A stretch of 60,178 nucleotides of DNA, counting the filler, from Sphacelaria rigidula (taxonomy: Eukaryota), in assembly GCA_964200075.2 (NCBI GenBank). It is 5 parts of 5 records of this genome, joined end to end, with 100 filler letters (N's around TTAATTAATTAA, not from the genome) between each part and the next. Parts side by side here need not be neighbours in the genome. Positions count along the whole stretch, not along the records: positions 24,113 to 36,068 come from CAXNAA020004292.1; positions 36,169 to 48,124 come from CAXNAA020004293.1; 3 more parts are not named here. One strand, written 5' to 3'. The notes beneath the pieces were generated by a model, which was given only the letters and a program-made list of their open reading frames with translations, was not told where the DNA came from and did not search any database. A program made the translations under genes and the position numbers. This document shows, one piece after another, positions 24,770 through 37,590 of this stretch; position 1 is the stretch's first letter; the number at the start of each line of letters is the position of its first letter.

Positions 24770-26336
24770 ATGGCTGCCGGCACGGTGCAACTACAGGAGA
24801 CGTGGCGGTATCAGGGATGGCTAGCCTCAGCAGAAGGTGTCGCTGATGGTGCTGTGGATTCCGCTGGGAACCTGATTTTAGCGGGGTTTGGCAATTGGGC
24901 AACTGTTGATTTGGACGATGACACATTTGTAAGCGAACAATCGGGAGACTTCCAAGCGGTCAAACTGTCTGGCTTGACGGGTGCCGAGCTATGGACATGG
25001 AGCGATAGCTCTGCCCTTTCAGCTGTGGATGCAATCCATGCGGCGACCGTAGATAGCGAAGACAATGTCGTACTGGGTGGGTTTACAGAGGGGGATTGGG
25101 ACGGCGTTAACTCGAACGAAAAAAGAGATATGGCTGTGGTCAAGCTCGACGGGGACACGGGCGACGAAATCTGGACGTATCAGGATGCTGCCGACGACTT
25201 GGAGAGCTCCTCTGGGTACCTGTGGTACGGTAGTACGACTGTATGGGGAGTGGCCGTAGATGCCGACGACAACATTTTTGTTTTCGGGGATACGACCAAC
25301 GACTTGGTCCCCGGCGAGGGTGCCGCAAATGATTTCGACTGGTTTGTCAGAAAGCTGGACGGGGCGACTGCAGCCGTGCTCTGGACTGTGCAAGGAGGGT
25401 CTTCGGTTCTCCGAGACATTACCCGCGGAATAAAGGTGGATCCTGCCGGTGACGTGGTGACTGTGGGCTATACCGGGGATGACTATTTAGCCATTACGGT
25501 GAAGAAACTCAGGGGGGAGGACGGGGAGATTATTTGGGAGTTTGACCGATTTTCGTTCTCATCTGACATCCTAAACAGTGTTGATGTGGATGCCGACGGG
25601 AACGTGTACGTAGCTGGGGGTGCGGGTGCAGAAAACTTGCAGGGACACATCGCGGAACATCCAACCGTGTTGAAAATCGATGGTCAAACTGGAGCCGAGA
25701 TCTGGTACTACTCGGGGGCGTCCGCCTTTCCAGGAAGATCGGTTTTCAGTGCCGTAGCAGTTGACCCCGTAACGGGTTACGTCGTGGGCGCCGGTCGACT
25801 GGAGGGGATATTAGCATATGATATGGTCGCCGTTGTGCTCGACGGCCAGACCGGGGACGAACTATTGACATATCAGGATGGCACCATCTATACTGATACG
25901 GCTACGTTCGCCGGATTTGACCTACAAGGGCATCTGTTCTTCGGGGGCAACACTTATGGACAGTGGACTGAAGCTGCGGGAAGCCAGGATTTTCTCGCGG
26001 TCAAGTTCGAGACGCTGGAGAACTCCGAGACGCCGTCTCCCACAGTGAAGGCAACGCCCAGCCCTACTGCTCCTATTCCGTCTCCTGCTGTGTCCCCGAC
26101 CCGTAGTTTGTTTACCTTGCCTCCGTCGGGAAATGAAGACGGTCCTATTCCGCTGCTCACGCCGACTCCCACAGTGCAAGGAAGAGCCAGCCCTATTGCC
26201 CTTTCACGTGCTCCTGTTACATCCCCGACCCTGACACCTGCTTCTGACGATGACTCTGTGGTTCTCGAGACTTGGGAAATTGGCTCTATCGCGGGTGGTG
26301 GCGGTCTTTTCATCCTCCTGGCTCTTTTGGGGCTAT
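24770..26336 (+). CDS. Large exon of a predicted type I membrane protein: ~7-bladed PQQ-like/SBBP-like beta-propeller, Pro/Thr/Ser stalk, transmembrane helix
   Basis: 535-aa ORF with repeated D..GN....G and VKLDG.TG.E.W motifs (six copies plus FLAVKF), then PSPTVKATPSPTAP..., then IGSIAGGGGLFILLALLGL. GTGAGT donor at 26337; possible acceptor ctacag ending at 24796, so the true N- and C-termini may lie in other exons. Confidence 0.85.
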
Positions 26337-26392
26337 GTGAGTGTCGCGCGCTTACATGGGCATCCTGTATTGTGTAGTATATATTAATAACA

Positions 26393-27119
26393 GCCGATCG
26401 CCCCGGTGGTTCAGTTGGTAGACACGAAATCTTCTGATGGTTGGTTCGTGAGTTCGAATCTCGGAGCGATCTGGGACTTTTTCCCGCACAAAGTCAAACA
26501 CACGCGGCCATTCGGCTACTACCATAACGATCCTTCATTGCGATTTTCATCCCCTCTAGGGTAAAATACCATCCCCAAAGGATATTTCGTCTCCAGCTGC
26601 GGTGATGACCGAATCTTATGGAGAGCATCTGATGCTTCAGTGACTTTTGAGGTCTGAATCCCCAGAGACGAACAGAAACGATGGTGCCCTGGAGGGCCGC
26701 GCATCCTCCAAGTTCCTCCGGAGGGATGCGCGGCCCTCCAGAGGCAAACCAAGCCTCTGGAGGCCTTTGATCCCACCCCCTAAAGGGCCGCGCACCCTCT
26801 AGAGGTGTTTCAAATCTCTGGAGGCTCGAAAGGTTGAGCGAAATAGAGTATTTTTGGGGTTGACCGAACGGCCGCGTGTGAACAGCGGAGAGCGACAATG
26901 TCGTGGGTAGACAGAATACGACTTGATGGTCGACGAGGGAAAGGGACTGCTGAACCCCATGTCGCGATAAAACATAGGCAAGCACCGCAGAAGGCACGTT
27001 GAGAACTAAAACAAAAAAAAATACAATAAACTCCTGTGTTGACCTCCCTCCTGTGTGACCCCGGCTGGTGCGCCCACATGTACCGACAGGTGTAGGTAGA
27101 CCGGCGTCCAGAATACATG
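26393..27119 (+). mobile_element. tRNA-derived SINE-like element, interrupted by a MITE
   Basis: A box TGGTTCAGTTGG (26407-26418), B box GTTCGAATC (26452-26460); head and body (26881-27119) are colinear with an uninterrupted copy at 49926-50266. Confidence 0.75.
26499..26880. mobile_element. Non-autonomous DNA transposon nested in the SINE
   Basis: TIRs cacacgcggccattcgg / ccgaacggccgcgtgtg, AA on both flanks, internal cctcyrgagg-type repeats; absent from the second SINE copy. Confidence 0.8.
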
Positions 27120-28944
27120 GGACAGCACTATATTTTGCGCTGCTTTGTGTTTTGGTGTCGTAGAAATAAATACCTGAGCATTTGTTGATATTGCCGCACT
27201 TTTTCTGGTCCACGGTTGATGTGCCTGGAAGTACTTCGCGAAACGAAAGCTTTATTCTCTCCCGTGGGTCACGTTGATATTGCTTGCAGAGTAATTGAAC
27301 TCATCGTGTGTCTGACAAGAGGGAAAGCTTCATGAGATACTCGAATGGCGTCCACTGTTTCGTCCATTTTGGTTAAGGCATATGTACTGGTAGGCGGCGG
27401 CTGGCGGCCGCATATACAAACCCGGATGTTATCGCACGGGAGACTACAGTTGTGCAGCTCTGATGGGTCATTTCCGTCCTCTCTGTGGGTACTTGCCGAC
27501 AATTCTACTGACCGGGCTCTCCCATCTCGTGTGATGCAGGTCTGTACTGCAGAGGGCCATGGAACAGAAACGTTTCTCCCACTGCCCCGAAGGGTGGGAA
27601 AGGTACGTTCGTTTCCGCGGTGTGCCTATGTATGGTGTGGCGAAATCGTAGAATCTCATAAGTCACGCGATTAGACCGGTTGGTTCGGCTCCAGGGCTGC
27701 ACCACTAGCGACGTAAAAGCGCACACCTCGACTCAAACCGCCGCCACCAATTCCACTGTAGACATCATGATTTTTTACAGTACGAGTATATGCTGCTAAG
27801 GTTTGTACAGAAGAAGGCCTCGTCGAGTTACAACGTGGGAGCACACGTTTGTATAATTCGAGTGCTTTCTTACGCACCATCAAAGTCCGATATTGATCCT
27901 ACGCGTTCCGAATCCGTGTTTGGTGCGTCCACTTCTTCGCAATTATTCGCAGTGCCAGCAGCTGAGAGTTCTTGTGAACGACAAGTACCTTCCTACGAAA
28001 GTGAGTAACATACACGGTTCGTACGTCTCCGCGCTGCTTCTAAAAACACAGTGCTTAGTCCTCTAACTCTGAAGATTTTACATTCGATACAAGGTCAACG
28101 GCGTGTGTATTCGTACCGTCAGTCTGATACTGGTTTGTTTGTCGGATATTCGAGTTCCTTGACTCCTACCGGGCGAGAGACCGCGCTGTGCATCGTTTGA
28201 GAGTTCAGAGCCCCGTTTACTTGAGCTCAGGGTAGAATCAGTGTCCGACACGTTGTTTAATAGACCTGATGGTCGAATTTGTTAGCAGGAACAGCGATTA
28301 GCGGTCGATATGTGTGTGTGTTCATGCTGTTGGGCTGCACTCACCCCTAGCGTTACGTGCAGACCTCGTGTTTTGTTGACGTGTGGTGGAGGTGGCTTGC
28401 TTTGCATGAAATTCGCCTGCGAAGGTAAAAAACCTTGTAGGTAATGCTCTACCTCGTTCACGTGCCAATGAAGGACGAGCGAGATGTTGATCCCACGCCA
28501 TGTATAATGTCATGTGTTGAACCCCGCTCCCATTCCACCTCCTCCCGCCTGCCCGCCCTCCCCATACTGTAGGTGTAATGTCGACAAGGAATAAGCAGGC
28601 GTCCCAACAGAATCCAGAATCTTCAGTGGCGGCGACGATTGATCCCCCACCACCCGCCCACGACCATCATCACTTGCCAGCATACACCAGGCAGGAGCCA
28701 TCGGCCCCACCTGCATATCAAGTACCTTGTCACTTACGAGATGGTACATGAAATACCTACTACTGTTGCACCTCCGTGGCCGTACACCAGGAGAACCTCT
28801 CTGTTCGAGGAACAGGGCACTACTTTCAAAGGGTCATCGCCAAAATGGCACTGCATCCTGTCACGTCACACTTACTTCAAGCTTCCATAGTCGTGTTCCG
28901 TGTTCCTACTTTGTTGCGGGTCTGACCAACAAAACGTTCCACTT

Positions 28945-29053
28945 CACGGGTGGCCACTGGGGTGCCTGTAACCTCAAATTGGACGTTACAGACCTTGTGC
29001 AATGTCTGCAACTTCCAAATTTGAGGTCGCAGGCACCCCAGTGGCCACCCGTG
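28945..29053. mobile_element. 109-bp palindromic MITE (CACGGGTGGCCACTGGGG... family)
   Basis: ~40-bp inverted arms, TT on both flanks; second copy at 55669-55777. Confidence 0.85.
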
Positions 29054-29120
29054 TTCATGTTCTATATACATTGTACTATGTTTTTGGAAAGAGTACAGTT
29101 TGCTGTCGTTTTGGGACAAG

Positions 29121-29285
29121 AGCAGGTTTTCTAGTTGGTATCTCGTGACGATCGATGTTGTTCTTCGCCAGTCATCACCCGCGTCTATGGAGCGAGTGTT
29201 TTCGATTCTGAGGGTGTGCTTGAACTCGCGGCAGGTGAAGGCGTCAGGTGACCGGACAAAATCCGCGGTTATGATGAAGTACATT
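29121..29285 (+). pseudogene. Remnant of a hAT-like transposase C-terminal dimerisation region
   Basis: SWYLVTIDVVLRQSSPASMERVFSILRVCLNSRQVKASGDRTKSAVMMKY resembles the hATC signature (P)SSAxxERxFS; no upstream catalytic ORF. Confidence 0.55.
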
Positions 29286-30047
29286 CGATACCCTGGTAGT
29301 TCGATAAGGTATTCAGTGTCGATTGACGGTAGATGATGGGGGGGTGGTAGCTTGTTTTAGCCTGCCGGGCGAGAGGCCGAAGGCTACAAAGCCCTGTGAA
29401 TAGAGACTGCAATGCCCTATTACTGTATTATGTATCGTAAGTGTAGTGGCATTTATTGTTTCCGTACGTGGTTTGGGGTGTATTAGGTGTGCAGATTGTG
29501 GCCTGCAAACTCAAATGACTGAAGACAAGCTTAATTGTTTCATTTATAAAAAAATGAAAAATTCGAATGCCCAACTTGTGTTGTCCTCATGCTAGAAGTC
29601 GCGCCTCGTGAGGAAATACTCCCACAACGCCACAACAAGGACAGGGGATAAGGCGCATAAAGCGCGCCTAATATGCGCTAGAAAAGCTTTGAGCGGGGCT
29701 TGAAATAATTTCAAACGCCTAAAAGAACAAGAAGCTTAATTTCAAGAAGAAAACGCATACGAAACTAAAGCATGACCACAGCCTGTACCTCTGAATTTGA
29801 ATGTCGGCTTCTGGGGAAAGTTTGGTACAACTTGTGGCGGTTCGATAAACTATATACGAGCTGGGCCAGCCTACACATGGATTTAAGCTCTCAAAGCAAA
29901 ATCTCGTCGACACGGACGAGTTGGGCCATGATTCGCATCCTCTTTATTGATAACGTAATATCGCCCCGCTCGCACACTGCAATCAAGTGCCCGCTCTCCG
30001 AATTTCCCATACTGTAGCCAAGTCACAGATGATCCTTATCGGAACAG

Positions 30048-30352
30048 TATTTCATACACGCTTTCACTATCGAATTGTCGAACTGCGCCTCGATCATCCA
30101 CCACGGGATTATTTTCGTCGCTTACGACACCATACCGTGGGAACATATCAACAATTCCATTGTGGCCTGCGGCAGCATCACCTCTCGCGAAGCCCCATCC
30201 TGCTTGCCTCTCTCAAGAAATTGAAAAAACATACCCGCGATACAGTGGTGACCACGACACAGACTATAAACCAGCACCACCCAGGATCACCTATTTCATA
30301 CACGCTTTCACTATCGAATTGTTGGACTGCGCCTCGACCATCGACCACGGAA
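30048..30352. repeat. Direct repeat of ~60 bp (30048 and 30292), possibly inside a decayed retroelement
   Basis: tatttcatacacgctttcactatcgaattgt...ctgcgcctcga.catc.accacgg present twice, 244 bp apart. Confidence 0.75.
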
Positions 30353-31521
30353 TCATTTGCCTCTCATGGCTTGCGGCGGCCAAATAAAGTGGATGTGCAC
30401 CCGGGTGCACCATCTGCACCCTCGCATGGTGGCATAGCATGTGCGACTTGCCTGTGCTGCATAACGACCCCGACCGTGGCGACTTGGATCACACTATCAA
30501 TCGGAGCCAGCACAACCAACGCGAACTACAGTCAGTAGTACAACAGTAACATGATTTCGCACTCTCTCTCATCTCTCACTACCTGTCGAGAGGTCGAGTC
30601 TGTTTGACTTCCCACTGCCAGCTCGAACCAAAAAAAGTGCCCTGTCTTGATTATTTCAAAGCTCAAATTTCATGCTCGCTTACTTCCCACCCATGTATGT
30701 ATGATGCACACCTACCGAGTATAAAGGGAACAGAGCTGCCGCTATGTGTGCCAGAGAGGCACAGAAAACCCCAAGGTAAAGAGAGTGGCGTGTACCGGAA
30801 CAGACATGATGACGATTTTACAATGTGCTTCTGTTACAGATTTATCGGCTATGTTCCAGTCGACTGGGTTGCATTTGTCATACTTTGTCATGCTTGGTAC
30901 CTGACGGGTCATACCACATTGTTTGATTGAATTGACTTGGCCGCTTGGGTCACAGCGTTTTGGACTATGCATCTTAACTAGCAAAGCACAAGTTAGCCTG
31001 TACTCCAATAATACAAGAGCATCTACGCCATCATGGACTACTATCTCAGAGGATTCTCTGGTCTCCACAAATCCCCGGTGCCCACTGAACTGGCATCTTC
31101 CTACCCAGGTGGTAAGTATCGTACCATGACATGGTGTCCAACCCTTGTTCGTAGGATGGCCTGCGGTGTTCAGTAAGATACACCAAGTCAGGGTAAGGAA
31201 CAACAGTCTAGTGACATACCTGTTTGAGTTCCGGGTACTACGCGGAATGACTTTATATTGTGATGTTAGTGGCTGGACATACGTGAGTGGTGCTTGTCGC
31301 ATCTTGGTACATTGGCCCCCGTAGGGCCCACTCCCCTTCCTTCCCTCTTCATCAACAAAGCTTTATATACATTTCTACCTCATCTTGATCGGCAGTCAGC
31401 CGTGTCCATTGATCGACTCTCTGAGTCGAGTCTGCACCCCATCCTCTCACGGGGTCACGAAGCTACAAACACTCTAGAGCCAAACCCTACCCAACTTGGG
31501 AGCTTTGTGGCCAAGGGACCG

Positions 31522-32839
31522 ATGGCGGACTGGAGCACTGCGGAAAGACACTCGGCTGTCGTAGGAGACACATCGTCTCCAACGGAGATGCTGGAGGTGA
31601 AAGAGAATGTCGCCAGCTTGCAAGACTCGATGGCGGATATCACCGAGCAGTTGGCGGAGCTGAAGACGATGATGGTGTCCCAGTTAGTGCGCGGGACAAC
31701 GTCCACTGGCCACGGAGCAGCAGCGGACGAGGAGGAGGGAGGCAGGCGACGGAAGGCACACCGTCGCCGGTGCCGGAACAGGGAGGGTCCGGTCACCACG
31801 CGGAGGGATTGTATCAGGCCCTCTCCGAGGATCCACGGGCGATGGATCCGCCCATGTAAGTACGAACGAGGAGTCCACGGCTTACTACCCCCATATAGGC
31901 GTGAAGAATTATTTTCGTGTTGATGAAACTTTTGATGGTCAGGAGGGAAATTGGCCGTTGTTCCGTGATGATTTCCTGACACAAGTCAGTGCATTAGGTT
32001 TCATGAGCGCCCTACGAGACACACGAAACATTCAGGGTCACGGTGCGAGTAACGAGGATTTGGTTAGTCAGGGATTACCACCGCAGGAAATCCAGATGTA
32101 CAGACTCTTGTGGGCGGGATTGGTGAGTTCCATGAAGGATAAAAATGTGAAGCAAACCGTCTACTCCTGTAAGGGACCGTCTGTGGCGTGGCGAGCATTG
32201 AAAGAGTATTATGCGCCGTTGACTGGTGGTGAACAGATCTCGTTGGTTGGGAAGTTTTTCCATGACACAGGAAACTGGCCAGGACCCCCGCGAATACTGG
32301 CAAGAATATTAGAACGTTATTGTGTCACTGGAAACGGCTCTCGAACAACCGATACCAAAGAAATTAGTATTCGCACGTTTTCTAGACGGACTCACGGCTG
32401 ATTATGATCACCAGAAACAACACCTACTCTCACAGAAAGGCTTGGACGTGGAAAACTTGTTGGCGACGTTGAGAACTAGATTCGGGATGATCAGAGATAA
32501 CAAGGGAAAGGATAGCGAGGCTTTGATGTCAGTTGGGACGAATAGTGGCAAGGGCAGTCGGAAGAGAAAACTGCAAGGGACCTCGGGAAGTACGGGGGAT
32601 TCAAAACTAGACGGGCGTGAAAATGGTTCTGCGAAGGAGAGGAGATGTTGGATTTGCCGGAAGCTAACACACACTTCGCGCGTGACTGTCCGGAACGACA
32701 TTGTATGAGATGCGGAAAGAAGGGACACTCTTATCAGGATTGTACTGCAGGAGAAAACGAAGATACAGCGATGGCAGTAGGGTCGTCGGGTAGTACCGAT
32801 TCTTCAGTATGTTCGGAAGCAAACGCAGAAGCCTTTTGA
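31522..32839 (+). mobile_element. Frameshifted Ty1/copia-like gag (coiled N-terminus, UBN2/Retrotran_gag_2-like core, two CCHC zinc knuckles)
   Basis: Overlapping ORF pieces 31294-31923, 31901-32401, 32322-32708 and 32645-32839: FDGQEGNWPLFRDDF...AWRALKEYYAP...FLDGLTADYD; knuckles CWICRKLTH-FARDC (broken by an extra AC) and CMRCGKKGHSYQDC. Confidence 0.75.
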
Positions 32840-35244
32840 AAAATGATGGCATGAGACCTATGCATGACTCAAACACCCCTTTGTTTTTATGTTTTGAGTG
32901 TTCGTGACCGTCATGCAGATAGCGATTCATGTACCCAAGGAAAGGTTGTCGCCCAGGTGGATCGAGATGTTGGATATCTCTGGACAATGCTGAGATCATA
33001 TTTTTGATATGGACACCGAAACTCAGTGTTGATGTTTGACGAATTTCTGTATCGATGAGCGCAGACCTACTTTGCGCATTTGTTTGACTCGATTGATGAA
33101 CAGAAAATCGTCTGCCGTTTTTGTAAGTGTGAGGAGAGCGGGGCACCGTGACTTGACTTGACCGTGGAACGGTGTCGGTAAAATTTCACAGAGTGAAATG
33201 CGTGAAGAGTGTTGAGAACATGTTTTGACATGGTTGCCGAATCTCAACGTTTATGTGTAACATTGTTGCCACCCCGGTGAGCGCAGGACTGTGGGGCACC
33301 ACACCCTTACTCGATCGGTTGAGGTGGAACCTTGTTCGTCGCCTTGGTGAGTACAGGCACATGGGGCACTGCTGTCTGACTAGACTAGAGGGTGATGTCG
33401 GTAAAATGTTCCGCAGATGAGTATACGGATGAATGATGGTTGAGACCACAAAGTTTGAGGTGGGTTCCGAAACTCGACATCTAAGTGAAAAAGTTGTTAT
33501 CATTCCGAGAGGTGTAGGATTCGCTCGGCATCGGCTTCTTGACTGGATCGGTTGATGAAACTTTGTTATTATGGTAGGAGCAAGAACTGAGTATAGCGTA
33601 ATACTAGTAGCTTGGCCTGATCATGATAATATCGGAAGAGTGACTGCGGGCACAAACGAAATTCCTGTGCTACAGGTCAGCAAACGCATGTGACACATAT
33701 TTGATGGCTAATAGATGGAGCTGACGTTGTGAGCGAGATGCGGTTCATGTGCACAGCATGATAAAAGAAGAGTGCATTGTATCACCCATATGGGAGCTAG
33801 TCGTTGCTCGGTTGGTTGGCCAGGCGAATTCCATACAGGTTTACACATGTTGGCCCGGCATGTTAACGGCAAAGTGTACTGTTTCATGCAACCAGGATGG
33901 TAGCGGCCGAACTGCCGTTTGATCCATGTGTTGTATGTGATGGAGAAGTGAAGAGTTGAAATAATATTCCTAAATCTGGGTAAAATATGTGGGTGTGCGT
34001 TCGCGACTGCCGTAACGCGACATCACAGTACGTTACGTGTTAAAAGTATGTTCATCGGTTGGTGATTGACGCGCCTGAGTGACATGGATATTAATACTTT
34101 TCCTTTCTGTTGTCCCACTGCCCATTCCCCTCGGGTCTGCACGATATGTGAGACGCTGAGCCTCCAAAAACCATTTTTGTCCGACACAGGTGCTGTCTGT
34201 AAGGCTGAGACGAGCATGACGTGACGGTTGGTTTTGGAGGGTGGTGACCGGCCAGGATCAGGATCAACCCCTCGCTGCGAATCTCCCCGCTATGGGGGAA
34301 GGATGATGAATGCAGCACTCCTTCCCCGTGGCCTAGAAGCGGGGGGGGAAAAGACTTTGATTAGCAAGAATTGGGGGGGGGCTGATTCTGATCGTGTGTT
34401 TTGTCTGGAGGCGTTGAGCTGCTTTGCTCCGCCGGTCACCGAGGGGGAATAAGGGGTTAAGTAGATGTAGTGAGTGTCTAGTTTGACTTGATGACGTAGA
34501 CACTACTGTAGTATGGGTTGCAAAATTTGAATTTGAAATTTGATTCTTGTACTGTAGGCAGCTGACTGACTGTGAAGTGGATTTGGCAAGATGTGATCCG
34601 AGTTTCGAAAGTTGTCAACTGCACTGTGTTGTGTGGGTTCATATATGTTACCTAGGAGCTTGGTCTCGCGTGCGTAGTGCAGGTTACTCGAATGCGAAGT
34701 ACGATCACCCACGCTATTGTAAGGGGCATGGGCTTGTACAGTTGAAGAATTTGACTTGCGTTTCGCTTGGGTTGACCATCAGGAGCTGGAGTGTGGTAAA
34801 ACACACAGCTCATCCATCCCTGTTTTTGTCTTGGTGTGAAAAGAAATGTACCGATGTATTTGATTCTTGGCTGGCCCCATTAGGGTGAAGAGAGCGGGGT
34901 TCGGTTCCCGATGCATTTTTTTTTTTTTTTCGTGATGTATGATTTCCACCGTGAAAAGCATGAGAACGTGAGTAAACAATGTAGTCGACTGGGTTTGTGT
35001 GGCATGAGTTGACGCGGTGCGGGCGTGCTGACCCAATCCGCGAGCCCAAAATGAAAGGCACGTACCGGGGGAGAGATGGCTTGATCCCTTGAGACCACGG
35101 ACTCATCCCGATGAAGGGGAGGGGTTCAAAGTGCGAGGAAAAAGAAAAAAATGACTATTTTCCTTCTTTGGTGCCGGAAAGTAATGCATTGCGATGCGTA
35201 AAGCTTTGTGCCAAAGGGAAATATCTGGAATGATCCAGCTCAAA

Positions 35245-35688
35245 GTGTTCCATCTTTGTAGTCATTGTCGAACTCTGGTGATCAGGGGGCATCACTCAAC
35301 GTGCTCCATAGTACCTCAATCGTAACCCATGAACACCAAATTTTGGGAAATTCACGGTCGAAACATATTCCGATGGGAGAAGGAAGGAGAAAAAAAAACG
35401 TTTTCGTCGATTTTGGCGTTGCCAAACACAGACTTAATGGTCAAATTTGTTCCGAAAACTAGGGAATAGGCCATTTTCATCCCCGCATTATAATGATTTT
35501 TTGCAAAACGAACCGCGCTAATCTCATAATCATTTGTACCAAAGGAGAAGGTCTGAAACGTCCCAGGTGTTCCATTTTCGTACTCATTATCGATTTATGG
35601 TGAAAAGTGAGTGATTAGGGGGCATACCTCAACGTGCGTCATAGAGTACCTTAATCGTAACTGATGAACACCAAACTTTGGGAGATTA
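35245..35688. repeat. Diverged direct repeat of ~110-120 bp (35245-35352 and 35567-35688)
   Basis: gtgttccat...gggggcat..ctcaacgtgc..catag..tacct.aatcgtaac..atgaacaccaaa.tttggga present twice. Confidence 0.75.
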
Positions 35689-36068
35689 CTATCAAAATGT
35701 ATTTTCATGGGTTGAAAAAACAAGAAAAGCAAAAATACCATGTCGGTCGGTTACATGCCATTTGGAGTTGATTGCGAAGTCTTCCGACCCGTGCGACCTG
35801 TTCGTTTGTGTCTCCGCTAGATTCGGAATGATGGGGACCAGAAATACTCGGGGTGTTAAGCCATAAACAATTCCGAAAAAAGAAAGGGCCGCAAGGGACG
35901 GTTGATCTGTTTCTCCGTTCCTGGCGAGTGACAACTGATGCTGCAAGTAACCGCTTCCGCGGTCTCCTTAAAGCGCCCCGAGTCATTACCATATCTGTTC
36001 AGCTTGAGCCTTCTATTTTCCGGCTATGAAATGCCCCCATCCGAAGCCGCGATGCTTTTATAATAGCT

Positions 36069-36168
36069 NNNNNNNNNNNNNNNNNNNNNNNNNNNNNNNN
36101 NNNNNNNNNNNNTTAATTAATTAANNNNNNNNNNNNNNNNNNNNNNNNNNNNNNNNNNNNNNNNNNNN
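36069..36168. other. Artificial contig linker
   Basis: N44-TTAATTAATTAA-N44. Confidence 0.99.
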
Positions 36169-37199
36169 TCTTCCGTGCAAGACAGATATGCCACTTCAGC
36201 CCCATATTTTGTATGAACCCCAAAATATAAAATCGGCTGTTCATTGACGATTCTTCTTTTCGTGAATCGGCATCATTTTCAGTAATATTCAAGTCAAAAT
36301 GATGCCGATTCACGAAAAAAAAACCGTCAGTGGGTTCCAAAAGGGTTAATTAATCCCACTCTTAGCACCTACGCTACCCGCCTCCATCTCCTTCTACAGA
36401 CTTGTTCACGCTTATCACCGAAAACTCGATTTGCGTCGCTGGATCAGACCCCGTTTGGGACCGTCAGGAGGGATATTCAAACTACAGCTTATGCGGCTTC
36501 TAAATTTGAAGAAACCGCTCGGAGGTTTCAAGCGCGTTGCACTACTATAGTATTGCTCGACAGTCTCACCGCGAAACCGATTCTCAACACAGCCACGGCG
36601 AAAGTGGCCATACGAGGCGTGATAGCTGGTTCGGACTGGATGAAGCGCCTCGCATGGGCACTACTGGCGAAACAACCCCAAGCATGGGACTCACCCTTAC
36701 CCCCGTTGTGAGTGTCTGCAGCTTTATTATGGGGGATCCATTTTATCCAACTGACGACTGTACTGTAGTGATGCTGTACTCTGGTAATGGTATATCTCAG
36801 CAGACTGCTGAATGATGCTGCGTTTCAAAGATCGCTGGTGTCTGTCACCGCATTGGATCGTTTCGGTGACGGTGGTCGTCGCCGGCGCAGCAGTGTGAAG
36901 TCTCTCTCAGATATTCAACAAGAGGCTCGAAAATTCGATGACTAGTCCAAAGAAGTATGTTTTGAGCATGCCTTGTTACGTGTTCCGTAGCGCTTAGACG
37001 CAGGTCCTGCTCAAAAGATGCCGTACAATCGATGACGGCGGTTTTTCTGTTGGACTGCTCATCATCATGCTTGCCCTGCCGTGCAGAAACTTCTGGGTTA
37101 GGGTTATACATGGTCGAAATCGGTTGCGAATCCAGAGCCTTTTGGACAAAACACATGAAATTTCCATGGTCCGTTGAACCTCACCCAAATGTTGAACCT

Positions 37200-37590
37200 C
37201 AAAAACGAATCCAGGTTGTTTTTTACGTACGCGAAAGTCGGTTTCGATAATAACATCAAGTAGGTAGAAATTTGTACCTCTTGAGCTCACTTCATCGTAC
37301 AAAAGTGAAAACCTTCACGCCGCTTTTTAGAGTAAGACTATGGACCCTTGCATACACACACCATAGGTCAATAAAAATGTTTCTGGACGGGTCCTTTCGA
37401 TTTTGTTTTCTTTCGCCGGGTATAGGGCGTCTCAGAAGGGTACATGATCAACAGGAACCATGGTGCCCCCGACAATCGGTGAAAAATAAAAAATAACCGG
37501 ATGAAACCAATCTTCGAAAACTTCGCAATGACCCGTAGAATATGTGCGCGAACGTTCAGGGTCTAGCGCCAGAAAACGGCGAGAGGTTTT
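37200..37590. repeat. Dispersed repeat, diverged direct homologue of ~44630-44950
   Basis: Shared atcaagtag.tag.aa.tgt.cctcttgagc.cacttcatcg.aca.aag.gaaaa and cg.aatg.cccgta..atatg.g.gc blocks. Confidence 0.7.

Noticed and set aside
26393-26470. Functional tRNA gene
   Set aside because: A and B boxes are present but I could not fold a convincing cloverleaf, and it continues into a repeat body shared with 49926-50266.
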